Source: the human T2T-CHM13v2.0 reference genome, Homo sapiens. From it: a stretch of DNA of 64,000 bases. Position 1 is the stretch's first letter. Each line of letters begins with the position of its first letter. A model generated the notes under the pieces. The model searched no databases, had not been told where the DNA came from, and worked only from the letters and a program-made list of their open reading frames with translations. The position numbers were made by a program, and so were the translations under genes. This document shows positions 50,428-64,000 of the stretch, piece after piece. The DNA is taken from the NCBI RefSeq assembly GCF_009914755.1, contig NC_060925.1, one strand, 5' to 3'.

Positions 50428-53400
50428 CTAATTTGAAAGGCATATTCAATATCTATTTCTCACATTACAAAAAAAGTAGATCTCTCATATCTTCAGACTT
50501 CTAGTAGAATACCAGTATCTTTATTGTATTTCAGAAGTCCACAGTTTTATAAATATGATCAATAAGTAAAGTTAATGAAATAATTATTGGTCTCTTCAAA
50601 AATATCCTGTTGTGATAACTATTTGTTCACAAGTTAATCTACCCTAATATCATTCCTCAGAATCAATTTTCTAAAAAGAACCCAATATCACAGTAGAAAC
50701 CCAAACTGTAGGTTTAGATTTTATATGATTAAAATATGACCAAATCCTTTATGAATAAATATATGAGCTGTTTTTCAACTGATCAATCAAATATAGTTTT
50801 AATCTACTGGGGAACATTGTGAAAAAGTATTGATTTGGTGGAATTTATTTCTAGTTGAGAGGTGAGAGATGGCTAATGGGGTAAAAGCCCTGGGATTCAT
50901 ATTGGAAACAAACAAATGAAAAAACTGTTTTGGAAAGAGTCAGTAACTTGTCCAAGAGATACAGTTGATAAGTGGCAGAACCAAGATTAAAAAATGTGAA
51001 ACCACTGCATTCATGATTTTAAATAAAATTAGAGAGAGGACAGACAACAGGGAGAGTTGTGAGTGGTGGGTTACTTTCCTGTTTTTGCTGTTGTTGTTAT
51101 TGTTCTGTACCTCTAAAGGCAAATCAGTCTTATCCTTGTCTTAAACTCAAAGATGAGGGTAAAAGGAAAGAGAATTTGGAGAAAATACCTTGCAAATGTC
51201 TAAATCAGTTGATCAGAGTGGCTTTGTTTTGCTTCCTAATGTGGGGACAGTGGCCCAGCCATAATCAAGACATAACAGCACCCACATATGCCATGACTTC
51301 TATACAGCGCGGTGGCTAGGGTGCAGGCTGTGAATTCAGTATCTCTGGACTTGAAGCCTATATCTACCTCTTATTGTTTTACTTTGAAAAGTTTACTTCA
51401 TCCATTTGTGCCTCAGTTTCTACAACTATGAAATGAGATTAATACTGAAATCTCCTTCACAGAATTGTTGTATAATTTTAAATAAGTTGATATGTGCAAA
51501 AGGCATAGAGCTGGCACACTAGAAATACTCAATCCATGTTAGCTAGTAATATTATTTTGTAAATGTAATAAGAGTTAGTCTTTACCCTTCAGGTTTTCTC
51601 AGAAAGCAAAAACAAATCTGTAGTTACAGTAATGCTCACAAATTGTAATATGTGGAATACAGAAACTGTGTTAATATGTGGGGGCAGAATTAAAGGAGGC
51701 ACGTAAGTACTTTTAGAATAGCTAGATAGAGAAGGTAGTGGATTCTCCATCACTGGAAGCATTCAAGTAGAAATTAGACAACTACTTGGTAAGGTCATTG
51801 GTGCTGAGGGAAAGGGGAAAAGTAGAAGGTTAAAGCGTGGAAGTTGAATATGAATTAAATGAACTCTTAGCATTCTTCTAACTTAAGAATTCCAGGATTC
51901 TATATACTAATGTCCCTAATGTGGAAGTCCATTTTTATTTATTTATTTTTAGTACAATTGAAAAGTTATTGTCCTCCCCTGCCCCAGATCTTTAATACAG
52001 AAATGTAGATGATGGTGTAAAATCTTTACTAAAAAATATCAGTCTCTTACGTGGAGTAATTTCAACAGAGAGATGTTTCCTAACATGTTTTTACTATGTA
52101 TGCTGTGTATTCATACTGAGGTATGTCTATTTTGATCTGAACAATTTCTATTGGAAAATAATCTATCTGATTAAAAAGTTACAGATCATATGAATTCAAA
52201 CAATGTGTACGACGAGTTTTTCATTTATAAGGATTGTTTAAAGATGATTTGTTCATAATCACAAAATCATATAAAGCTAGAACCCTAGAAGGAAAATGTA
52301 TGTATATCTTTTCTTCAATATCTCTTTGTATACATGTGAGTGACTAAACAAGTTTTCTAAGGAAATTTTTGAAAGTGTTCACCTTAGACTTGGAGCAAGA
52401 ATAATAGATACATTTTACCTTTAAAAGGCATTGTCCTGCTAATATTATATGAAATAAGTAGATAGATGTCTGCTTTGTGCTAAAATACACTTTGCCAAAA
52501 GATGGAGTTGGCTATGTTGATATTCACCTAGTGAGTATCATAGCTCTAGGGGCAGGACAAGTTAGAACAAGTTCTTAGTTTAAGCAGCCAGATATATGGA
52601 TTAGATTTTTCATAAGAAAATGCTAGAGAGAAATGATATGATTTAGGGTTAAACAATATGACAGTTTGTCTGGGTTGTGTTTCTATGGTTTTGACTCAAC
52701 AATTGCTACCAGAGGAACGAATCTCCAGAACTTTGGAAACTTACCCACAGGATGAGGGGACAGAATGACCAGTCATGGTTCCCTGTGTACTCACCATGTG
52801 AATCAGACCTTTGCCCTATCTGGTTCTGCCTCCGGTATTTTGCTTGTTATTTTCAACGCTAACTACAGACAAGAGAAAAAACTCCCAAGCATGAACCCAG
52901 CATGCTACAAGAAAGCCAACAACCAAGTCTGCATTCTACTCATGAGCAGGCAAGATTAGTGTTAGAAGGACTGTTATTTTCCTTGGGGTTTTAGCTTACG
53001 GCAGTTCCCAAAGGGTGTGGGTGTGACCTAGATTATCACTTTGAAGTACGATATTTAAAATGATTATTTTTGAGAAGGAGGGATCTCTTCTTATTATAAG
53101 ACCAAGATGGTATGTAATACCCTCCAAAATAACCCAGTTACAATGAGAGTTTTAAAAAGGTTAATATTATACACTAAAAGATCTCAAAATATTACATTAT
53201 TTTTTGGCAGATTACTTTGGTTTTGTAATTGTAAAAGAGGAACACATCTTTCATAATGAAGTGTGATGTAAGGAAAAAAAGTGAGTCACACTAGCAGGTT
53301 TACCATTTAAAAAATAACTAACTGGAAATATTGAATAGACTGTATGATTTAGTTAATTTCTGAGAAGTCTTATTTTTAACATTTCAATTAGAAAAAATAG

Positions 53401-54112
53401 TTTGCAACTCAAGGATAGTATTTTATCTGAATTAAACCTCCTCTCAGTTACATATGCCTTTAAGTAGCCAAGGTAAACCATATCCCAGGACATGATGAAC
53501 AGAGAGAAAAAAAAATGAAGAGTCACATTCAATAGGATAAATAAGTCAAATATGAAGCAGAAAAAAGGTGAAAGTACAAAAACATACAAGAACTGATGAT
53601 ATTTTGAAAGTCATTTATAAGGCAGCAATAAAATTATATGACAAAAAGCACAAGGTGTTCATTTTTAGTTTTAGAAGATGAAGCTATGTAGACAATGGAA
53701 TAAATAATATGTAACTAGGAGTCTCATAAAAATACTATACAACTAAAAATCTGGAACAGGAGTTTGCAGGAAGGGCTAATGAGGGAGCAAGTGCCTGGTG
53801 CCTTTGAATTAACCAATATATAAGCCAACACAAACATACTAACAAAACTGTATTGAAAATAAACTTGAAAAGAAGGTAGCATCTAACCAATCAAATAGGG
53901 TGCTTTCTAAACCCTCAGAATGATAAACTACATTGTTGGATGCAAAATTAGCATTTGCCCAGTTTATTTAATTCAGTATACTCTCCTATTAGTTATATTT
54001 ACTTACCTGAAGTTAAAAAAAAAAAAAGCCATGACATTGCAAAGGGAATGTTCTCTAAAAGAAATAGATTTTCCTCTCTAGAGAAGCCCACCCGGACTCC
54101 ACACCTGAGTTA

Positions 54113-55000
<888 letters not shown>

Positions 55001-55165
55001 TTCAGTTTCACTTACTAGCTGTGTTGTCTTGGGCAAGTTACTGTACCTCTCTGTTCAGTTTTGACATCTGTGAAATAAGGATGACAATAATAATTTTTCC
55101 TGATAGGGTATGTTGGGAGGATAAAATGCTACTGTAAACTATAGTTCCAGCACTTAACACACAGA

Positions 55166-55503
55166 GGCTAGGCGCAGTGGCTCACGCCTGTAATCCCAGT
55201 ACTTTGGGAGGCCAAGGCGGGTGAATCACCTGAGGTCAGGAGTTCAAGACCAGCCTGGCCAACATGGTGAAACCCTTCTCTACTAAAAATATAAAAAATT
55301 AGCCGGGCGTTGTGGTGGACACCTGTAATCCCACCTACTCGAGAGATTGAGGCAAGAGAATTGCTTGAACCTGGAAGGTGGAGTTTGCAGTGAGCTGATA
55401 TCATGCCATTTTACTCCAGCCTGGGCAACGAGAGCAAAACTCCATCAAAAAAAAAAAAAAGAAAGAAAGAAAAAGAAAGAAAGAGAAAAAGAGAGAAAGA
55501 AGG
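55166..55503 (+). mobile_element. Alu (AluS-type) with an A/GAAA tail, upstream of the F5 promoter
   Basis: Alu consensus. Confidence 0.93.
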
Positions 55504-56735
55504 AATCACAAATTTATTATTATGATCATATTTTCCTGTCTCCAGGACCCCTTGTATTCTTGTTTTTCTTGAAGGATCTGACTGTTTCACAGCACCTTAA
55601 ATCTTACTTTGCTATTGATAGAGAATCTGCGAATTATATTGTCTGAGGCATCATAATGACTTGTCCTGGGTTCCCTGTATCTGCATGGCTCCAGGTTTCT
55701 GTCTTATGCTTTATGCATTCAGTACATTCAATAAATTGTAATCTGGCACCTCACATGAGGTCTCTGTTAATGATATCAGGCTCATCAACAGCCTCTTCCT
55801 CCCTCCCCACTCCCCCCAATATTCTGTCTTTTCTCCTGTGCTGATATTATTGCACCAACTTAGAATGCCCATTTTCTTCCTCTTTGCTGGGCCATTCTTT
55901 ACAGTCCAGAGTTCTGCCTATCTCCCAGATTCTGGGCTCAAATTGGCTTTTCCATTTTATGAACTATTACAACACTATTCAAATTATATAATCATGTTAA
56001 TTACCTTTTGTTATTCCATGCAGGTATCTATTGTCTCCCTAACTGAACAGTTGCTTACACTTCTTTATCTACAATATTATCAGTGTCTCCCAAAGTTGGC
56101 AGACCATCAGAATTCCCAGGGGAACTTTTACAAAATGTAGATTCTGACTCAGGAAACAGGGTTGAGACCAAAGTCCTAGAACACCTAGCCTACTGATTGA
56201 CATTTAAATAAGCAGTCAGAGATGCTACTGGCAGTGTATCAGAGAAACGTTTTGAAAGCACTGTGTCCCTAAATCCCAAGGTTACTACCAGAATTGTTGC
56301 AACATTATTGTAACCTTTGAGTAGGCTGCTTTTTTATTTGCATGTTTGCTTATGTATATACAGTGTACATGACATATTTATTTAATTACATTTTACAGAG
56401 ACAAGATGACTACTATAATTTTTGGCTCTCTATTTTTTTTAACATCAGTTCCAGATAAATACTATATAACTTTCAATGACCTATTTATTAAACATGGGAT
56501 TTAAAGAACATGTAAAACACATTTGTTCTTCCCTGTAAAATATTAAGGTGATGAAGAATTTTTCCATTTCTCTGATTTTCTCTTGCAGTGTAGGGTGTGC
56601 GATACATATTTGCTGACTGAATGAATGGTTGAGGTGTAAATAGGACAACCATAATTGTGTGTTATTACACTGATGGTAAACAATGTGATGTATACAGACC
56701 TTACTGAACAAACCATAAAATAGAGGAACACGGCA

Positions 56736-57348
56736 TTTGGGGAAAATTCTTTTAATTACGCATTTGAATATTGGTCTTTGGGTCATTTGAGGGACAGTGA
56801 CTGGTGGCAGGAAGGTCCACGGTGACATGTGGCCTTCTAGCTTGATTCTTGGCCTTCTGCAGCCTCTGGTGCCATCCAGAGGACTCTCTGGAAGCCTCAG
56901 AGCAGAGGTCCAAGAGGCCTCATCAACAGCAACCACTGGAGACTCCAGAAGATGCTACAGGAATTTCTTCCAATTAGAGATGCCACCTGCTTTCCAACAA
57001 AGTGGAGAAAACCTTCCTTCAATCAAAAAATAAAGAGGTATTTTTATTTCTCCACAGTCTGGTCTTCTTGTGAGTCAGATGCTCCAGTCTCTTTGGTTCA
57101 CTGGTATTTCAAGTAACAGGTGAGTCAAAGCACAGAGACTACTGCAGAAACATTTGCTCCTGGCTTCTGTGGCTTGTGTTACAGGAAGAGAAGAGGTGGG
57201 ACAGGAAGGGGTGGTAGGTTGAGAATTTGAGATTGTACCACAATCCCAAACTCAGGAAACAGGGTTGGTCCAGAGCGGGTCCAACAGGCTGGTCCAGAGC
57301 TAATCTAAGGTAATTCCATGTCTTTGATTCATGGGTGTTTATGGAAAC
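56736..57348 (-). other. SELP: SELP exon 17 (non-coding 3'UTR)
   Basis: Acceptor TTTGCTGCAG|GTTTCCATAAAC at 57348; ATTAAA near 56751-56756; 3' end approximate. Confidence 0.85.
56751..56756 (-). terminator. SELP: SELP polyadenylation signal (ATTAAA variant)
   Basis: Plus-strand tttaat, followed on the minus strand by a GU/U-rich region (TGTTCC...TTTTATGGTTTGTT). Confidence 0.7.
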
Positions 57349-58034
57349 CTGCAGCAAATGCATTATAGTTAAGTCCAGTGTAGCAGGAAACTTGATGTTC
57401 ACAACAGGATCATATGGAGGCTGAATGAGGAGACCAGGAAAAGGACAGGTCTCTGGAAATGAGACCAAAGAAATTTAAATAATTATCATTTCCTTAAAAA
57501 AATAAAAGAAAGAAAAAAATTGCTCATCATATCTACACCCTGAGGCGCAGCATAATCTTTTCTTTCTAGATTTCGAATATTCTGCCATTCAGGCTTTTTG
57601 TAGGACACTCAACTACCCACTTTTTGGGAGAGGGATAGCATCAGATTATTTTTGTTTTTCCAGCAGGTAGCATAGGGAATTGACTCCATAACAGTTCGTA
57701 AACATTTTTCAGCAGTCCTGACTTCTGCTTTGCAGGCAAGGCCACATCATCACCACCTAGCAGTTAATAATGGAAATGTTACACATCCTGAAATAAGTTA
57801 TGTCTTGTTAGGACATTTCTGTCCTGGAGGAAATGAAAATCCTTTTGTGAACTCTTTTGTAACTCCATTGTCATACCTGTGTCCTACTGCCAACACAATT
57901 TCCTTCATGCCTGAAAATTTAATACATACTTAAAATTTAATATATGATTATGTAAAGAAAAGTTAAGCTTTATAGTCTTCCATTTTTCCCTAGTGTTCTA
58001 TTTCCTTCAAAAATATCTTTATAGGGATCTTACC

Positions 58035-58089
58035 TTAAGGACTCGGGTCAAATGCAGCGTTTGTAAAAACTCCATATGTTCCTAGGTGG
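58035..58089 (-). CDS. SELP: SELP exon 16 coding part (cytoplasmic C2 and stop)
   Basis: HLGTYGVFTNAAFDPSP*; TAA at 58037-58035; the exon ends 1 nt later (58034) at a GTAAGA donor. Confidence 0.97.
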
Positions 58090-59315
58090 CTAAAGAACAG
58101 AAACACAAGGATGGCAACAATATACTGCTTAGTTCTCGACAACACAGTCCAACACATAGTATTTCCAGAAACCACAAATTACCATCCACCCTTGGAATTC
58201 TGCTTTAGAAAGGAAAGAAAAATAAATGCCAAAGAAATATTCGATATCCCACTTACCAGCTCTGGGTAATTTGCATTGCATTTTGCACCCACACTAAGTT
58301 ATTGTTCATGCTTTATGTACTGAATACCTGTTATACCCTCTAAGTTGCTGCAACCTCTTCTAGGTGACAAGAGGTAGTTACAAAATTCTTGGCATTAACA
58401 CTTGATAATCTAACGATAGTTTTCAAAGGGTGCAATATGACCCCTAGGGGTGTTTTTTGATTTTTATAACCATCAAGAGTTCTTCCGATATTGAGTGGGT
58501 ATGGGGCAAGGGTGCTGGATGTCTACGACAATAGAGTTCATATAAGGATTTCCATGTCCTCCAGGACGGAAATGTCTTTAAAAGATATCCAGCACCCCTG
58601 CCTCCTGCCCACTCAATGTCAGTAGAACTCTTGTTCATTACAAAAATAAAAAAATACCCTTGGGGGCATACTGTCCCTTTTTGAAAACTATTGCTAGATT
58701 ATAAATAGCAAGGGGTACAGGACACAAAAGAATTGTCCAACATCCCACATAACTTTGGAATATCTGCTCGATATTCATACAGGTTAAAAATCTCTGAGCC
58801 TGGAACTCAAGCACTTTACATGTAAATATTAAGCATTTTTTTGCATCTTTAAAATGCAATTGCCATATGAATCAAAGGACAATTATCACAGGTTTTCAGA
58901 CTCTTTACTGGAGTTGTTCACCATGTTGAAAAATTAGGCTGGTGTTGGCCACAGTTCTAATGCTCTTTGAGTCACTAATACAACATTCCCCCATCAGTCC
59001 ACCTGCGTGGGCGTTGCTTTCCTAGTGATTCTGTGGAAGGTGCACGCTTCTGATGACCTCATTGCATCTACTGGCACAGCGCCTAAGTTTTTGCATCTTG
59101 TTTTTATTATAAATTACTTTTCATTTTATTCCTACTTTATATTTTAATTAGAATATTTGTTATCTGTGTATTTTACTTCAGAGTAGAAAAGAAGACATTG
59201 CAAAAGACATTGTAAAAAGGAGGCAGGCATTGCATGTAATCATTCTGACATATTACAGTGAATTATAAAGTTAAGGTAGCAAAATTTACTCAATCATAAA
59301 ACATTTCTACCTTAC

Positions 59316-59346
59316 CTGTGAGGATTCAAGGGGCATTTCCCATCAT
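59316..59346 (-). CDS. SELP: SELP exon 15 (cytoplasmic C1)
   Basis: DDGKCPLNPHS; TAG/GTAAGG; 31 nt. Confidence 0.95.
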
Positions 59347-61494
59347 CTAAAATCAGCAAGAAGACAAGAATGAATGATTAAAAAAAAAAAACAAGATGAA
59401 AGAGAGGGTCATTAAGGATAGAAATTACTGGGGAAAACCAGTAGACTGATTTTCAGGAGGGCTCATTATAAGGGGAATATTGGGAACAGTTTCTCCCTGA
59501 AAGGTAGAAAGTGTTTTAGGCTAAATTAAACATTCGACAATATTTAACTCCAGAGTCCTGTCACTTTCTTCCTCCTTCCTTTCAGTAAATACATAAATCA
59601 ATTTCTTTTGAGGGCATCTTGTGTCACTTGCCCTCAGCCCTTAGCTGAGCAAGCTAATCACATACATGAATCCAAACCAACAGAACAGTGGATGTTTTTC
59701 CTCCCTGGTAGCATATTTTTATCCAAATAACAGACTCTCATAGTTGAATTTTCAGCTATGGCTGCAGCATTTTCCTCTTATTTGGCCATAGAAAACTTCA
59801 AAGCCTAAAATCAAATTGGGAGAAGCTGAGGAAAAAAGCTCCCATCCCCAACAAATGAATGTATTTATTATTAAAAATATTGGGGCATGAGTGGCCATTT
59901 GTCCTTCTCCACTGTTAGAGGGTCCTCTGGAAATGTCTCAAAGTCAAAGAAAGGACTTGGGGGAAACATCAAGATTAGAGTGATTCCTACATGATCATAG
60001 AGATTAAGGTCTAGGAGCTCTTGCCTCTGCCTTCTGGGTTTGGTTGAGCAAGCACACATTTTGCATGGAGGGATTCACTGTAGCTCTCAGTACATCTCTT
60101 TGGTATTGAAGCAGAGTATTGACCTTTGTCTATTGTCTTAGCCACTCACAGGAGAGTATATGAAGGAAATTTGGAAAAACAGCCTCAATGTTTTGGTAGC
60201 ATTGTAAATGGAGAAAGAATAAGAGTAAGGAACACGTGGTTTTGCCTCTGAGCAGTTAAGAATAGGTGTTGAGACCTATGTCAACAATAGAGAAATTCAA
60301 TGAGATCTCTTTCAGATATTTTAACATAGCCACTTTCCATTACCTTGATTTGAGCAATTAATGGTCTCTCTGATGCCCCCAGTTACTTTCTATGAGGAGT
60401 GATGAAGAAGAGCCCCATTAGGTTATAAACAAAACTTTATGAACTTATAGGCAGGCTAAGTGTCTGGAGAAGATTGAGAAAGGATGTTTTAAACCTTAAG
60501 AGATGGGATGTTCCCATCTTTAATTCCTAGACTAAAGTTCTTTTTCTGATGAACAGTCTGATGAACACAGTTTCCCTTACAGAGAGTTTTCATCTATTTG
60601 GTCTTCTCTGTTTAAATCCTGCATCAACTTTACAAATTTTCAGGAGAAAAAGCAAATCTCTTAGCTTATCACACCAGGTCACCAATACAGGGGCAGCTTC
60701 TTCTGCCCCTAACTTCATCTCCTGCCTCCTCCATAATCCCCTTTTGATTCAGATGCACTGAACTGCGAAACATACCATCTTCTCATTGATTTTACACTTT
60801 CATGTCTTTCTACATGCCATTTTCTCTGATGGAACTCTATTTCCATTTTCCCCTTGGCTAAATGCCTCTCATTCTTCAAAGCTAAGCTTGAAAAAGGCTT
60901 TCTGACCTGCCAGTCTGGTTTAGGCATCCCTAGTCTATGTTCTAATAATACCTAGGTTGTATTTGTGTCCTAACACACTTACTACACTTCACTACCGGCA
61001 CTGATTTCACCTGTCTCCCCTACTGGATTTTTCCTTCCTTAATATCAGAAACCATCATTATGAGTCTCACACTCTAACAGAGTTGATGAATAAATGACTG
61101 CTACATGAAGAAATGAGTGAAGTCAGGAAGCATAACACCTTTCTAATTAGCTTTAGTGATAGCCTAGGGTACTTAGACCAGAGGCCCCAAATGCAAAACT
61201 GCAAAGTAGCCTCATTTGAATTTTGGGAGAGAGCTTTTGAAAAATTCAGATTTCCACACCCACTACCAAGTCTCCCCATAGAAGGATCTATATTTTTAGG
61301 AAGTTCCCTAGGTGATTCTAATGGACAATCAGTTCTCAAGATCACTTATCTTGGCTTTATTTTCTTTTAATGCAAATGTTTTCCAACATGAACTACTGAA
61401 GTTGTGGTTTTTGCCTCCCCACCCTAAATTACATAAATCAATTTCTTTTGATTTATGTAACCAAGATGCAAAGAGAAGACTCTTTCCTATTTAC

Positions 61495-61614
61495 CTTTTT
61501 GTCTGAAACGCTTTCTTAGCAAAGCCAGGAGCGTCCCACCCATTATCAGACCTATTGTAGAAGCCACCGCTCCACCAAAGTAAGTCAGGGCTTCCTGGAT
61601 AGTCAATGGTCCTG
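61495..61614 (-). CDS. SELP: SELP exon 14 (transmembrane; skipped in the soluble isoform)
   Basis: AGPLTIQEALTYFGGAVASTIGLIMGGTLLALLRKRFRQK; TAG acceptor, GTAAAT donor; 120 nt, symmetric phase 1. Confidence 0.97.
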
Positions 61615-61804
61615 CTACAAAACAAACACACACACATGCAAGACATAAGAAGTGTATTATGCAAAAGACTAGTCTTTCTCTCCCAGAAAGTTTTCAAGAA
61701 CTCTAAGATGTGCGATCAAGTAGGATCACCAAAGGTCCTGGGAATGCTGACAAGCTAACATGAAAGAAGATCTGGAATTCATAAATCCACTGCAACAGAA
61801 TGGG

Positions 61805-62076
61805 AAGTGGGGCCTTATTTTATTCCTAAGGCTTAAATATAGACTGTAATTTCCAAAGGAATCAGGGTGAGGACCCAATAAAAGAAATTAAATTGTAGAC
61901 ACAAGAAGCCTATACATGTAAGTATGGGCAAATAAAATAAAAGTGGGGCCTTAATTTATTCCTAAGACTTAAATATAAACTGTAATTTCCAAAAGAATTA
62001 GGGTAAGGTCCCAATAAAAGAAATTAAATTGTAGACATAAGAAGCCTATACATGTAAGTTTAGGCAAATAAAATAA
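61805..62076. repeat. Tandem duplication 2 x 136 bp in SELP intron 13
   Basis: Units start AAGTGGGGCCTTA at 61805 and 61941; about 10 mismatches. Confidence 0.92.
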
Positions 62077-62581
62077 ACTGTGCATAATTTTTTGGCAAAG
62101 ATTCAGTTATGTAACAAAAGGCAGTCAGGACAAGCTATGAGGGGAAAAAATAGGGGGCTGAAATATACCTTGCAAACAGATGGAATTTAATTAAGGAAGA
62201 TCTGCTAGGAGGTTTTTAGAGTTAGGTGGTAAGCAAAGGTCTTCTGAGATAATAAATTAGAAATCTGCATGAAATAACTCCCAGTTTAAAACATTTTGAA
62301 ACTTCAAGGTCTGTTAAACAGAGATTATAACGAAGCAAAAGGTTTCATTTCACAAACTGAACACTGAAGAGGAGGGGTGATTACCTACACAGTCACTGGG
62401 TTTAATTTCCACTACTTTATAAGGCAAGGAGATTCTGCCTGATTCATTGTGAAACACTTATTAAGCAGGGGGAAACCCGGGGATGGAAAGCAAGACCACT
62501 ATGAGAAAGACACAGGGAAGAAACACTGATTTTGTTATTTTCCACATCAAAGTGACTTCTTAACCCACATGAAAATTGTAC

Positions 62582-62767
62582 CTTGGCAGGTTGGCACGGT
62601 AGTTGACCAGTGGCCATTCTCTTGGCATGCTGTTTGTGCAGAGCCATTAAGTAACTGGCCCTCTAGACAATGGAAAGAGCAGATTGATCCATAACTGAAG
62701 TTTCCCCAGAGGTTGGAGCAGTTCATCGCTATTGGCTTATTAACATGTAGTTCTGAGCATTTCACAG
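62582..62767 (-). CDS. SELP: SELP exon 13 (sushi/CR9)
   Basis: VKCSELHVNKPIAMNCSNLWGNFSYGSICSFHCLEGQLLNGSAQTACQENGHWSTTVPTCQ; 186 nt; phase 1/1. Confidence 0.98.
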
Positions 62768-63814
62768 CTGCAGAAAAGAAATAATGCAAGAGAAACAACA
62801 TGTGGATTGGAGGTGAAAGAGATTATAGTTTCTTTTGTAACCTAACATTGCCAATAAATGAGGCAGAATGTAAAAGGTCAGAAAGGATATGAGCCACTTC
62901 CAATATTCACAGTAGCTCTTCTAACAGCACATATATGAAAATATTCTCTCGAAGGGTGATATCCAAAGAACCAAGATGCAAAGATGGACACATAGTAGCA
63001 TCCGACAAATACCTGCTAATGCATTGATAAATCTTGCCTCCAAATATACTATTTACAAAATTTTGGTTCTTAAAATACTGTTAGTCTAAATGTTATTACT
63101 ACATTTGTGATCAACTGGCATGTCAGTATGTGTTTATTGAAATACTTAATAAGTGTTCAGCATATCTGGACACTGGAAGTTTGAAAGAAGTAGACTGTCA
63201 TCCTCCTTAAACTACATTTTCAGGGAACTTCAGGGTTATTCTTTCTAATTTATGGATAGGAAATTAAAGGTCAAGAAATTAGATTTAATTCAAATAAATG
63301 TTATTTATCAGTAGTGACATTTGCAAAGCACTGTGCTATGTTTTGTGGGGGATACAAAAATGAAAGAAACATAGGTCTCAATGCTTTATGTGTAGGGCGA
63401 TAGCTCTTCAGGAAATATCATGTATGGCTTAACTTTTTATTTAGGTTCAAATTATTATGAAAATATGGAATGTTTATACTGTCACATAATATGCAACTTC
63501 TAGTTTACCAATTTCTATAGCAGGTTTTACATTTAATATGTCTATTTTTCTAACACATCTTGGACATCTGCAAATGTTTCTTCCTTTAAGTCTCTGAGTA
63601 CTTGTGTATTAGCTTTAGCTTGTGACATGAGGAAGGACAGAAGTGAAATGCCTGTGACACATTACTTCTAATGGGATTGGTGTGGATTTCATAAGGGAGA
63701 TGACACTTGGAGTAGTGGTTGTGGTTGGGTGAGACTTCAACATACAGGCACAATGGCTAGCTTGAGTACTTGCAGGAAGGCAGGTTCAGAACTGCCTGCT
63801 CCTTTTCACCTTAC

Positions 63815-64000
63815 CTCTGCATGCTGGAGTTACTGCTGTCCATTGTCCTGAAGGTCTGCAGCTGAGAGTGCTGTCTCCTATGAGTGTGAATCCAGCGTTG
63901 CAGCCAAAGTAACAAGTGGTATTAAAACCAAAGGTTCCCGGATGATGCCTACAGTACATGGTTCCCTGCCCAGGAGTGGTGAGGGCTGGACATTGCACCC
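63815..64000 (-). CDS. SELP: SELP exon 12 (sushi/CR8), cut by the window edge
   Basis: VQCPALTTPGQGTMYCRHHPGTFGFNTTCYFGCNAGFTLIGDSTLSCRPSGQWTAVTPACR; donor GAG|GTAAGG. Confidence 0.97.

Noticed and set aside
56481-56936. 151-aa ORF in the SELP 3'UTR
   Set aside because: Non-ATG start, runs past the poly(A) signal, no recognisable domain.

Overview
Human (primate) genomic DNA from the F5-SELP locus (1q24). Both genes are on the minus strand. The window holds coagulation factor V (F5) from its promoter and exon 1 (ATG at 54271) through exon 14 (3750-3924), including the 2821-bp B-domain exon 13 with 31 x 27-bp and 2 x 51-bp coding repeats. About 2.3 kb upstream of F5 lies the 3' end of P-selectin (SELP, part of exon 12 through exon 17). 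I read each exon boundary from the sequence: all are GT-AG except a GC donor at F5 intron 6. Introns are filled with L1, Alu, L2, LTR (LTR2, MaLR) and DNA-transposon relics. The haplotype is non-Leiden (Arg506), non-HR2, carries Ile1285, and has the A allele at SELP c.2346. I found no wholly new biological system. The best leads are: (1) a human-specific pre-Ta L1HS insertion without a TSD in F5 intron 6, probably polymorphic, which forms an inverted pair with an intron-9 L1 around an in-frame exon 7-9 block; (2) the 27-bp repeat array inside the FV-short exitron forms a ladder of same-phase acceptor-like sites; (3) an L1 inserted into the polypyrimidine tract of F5 exon 11; (4) phase compatibility for an SELP-F5 read-through fusion. 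Variant names and reference comparisons come from memory and need database confirmation.
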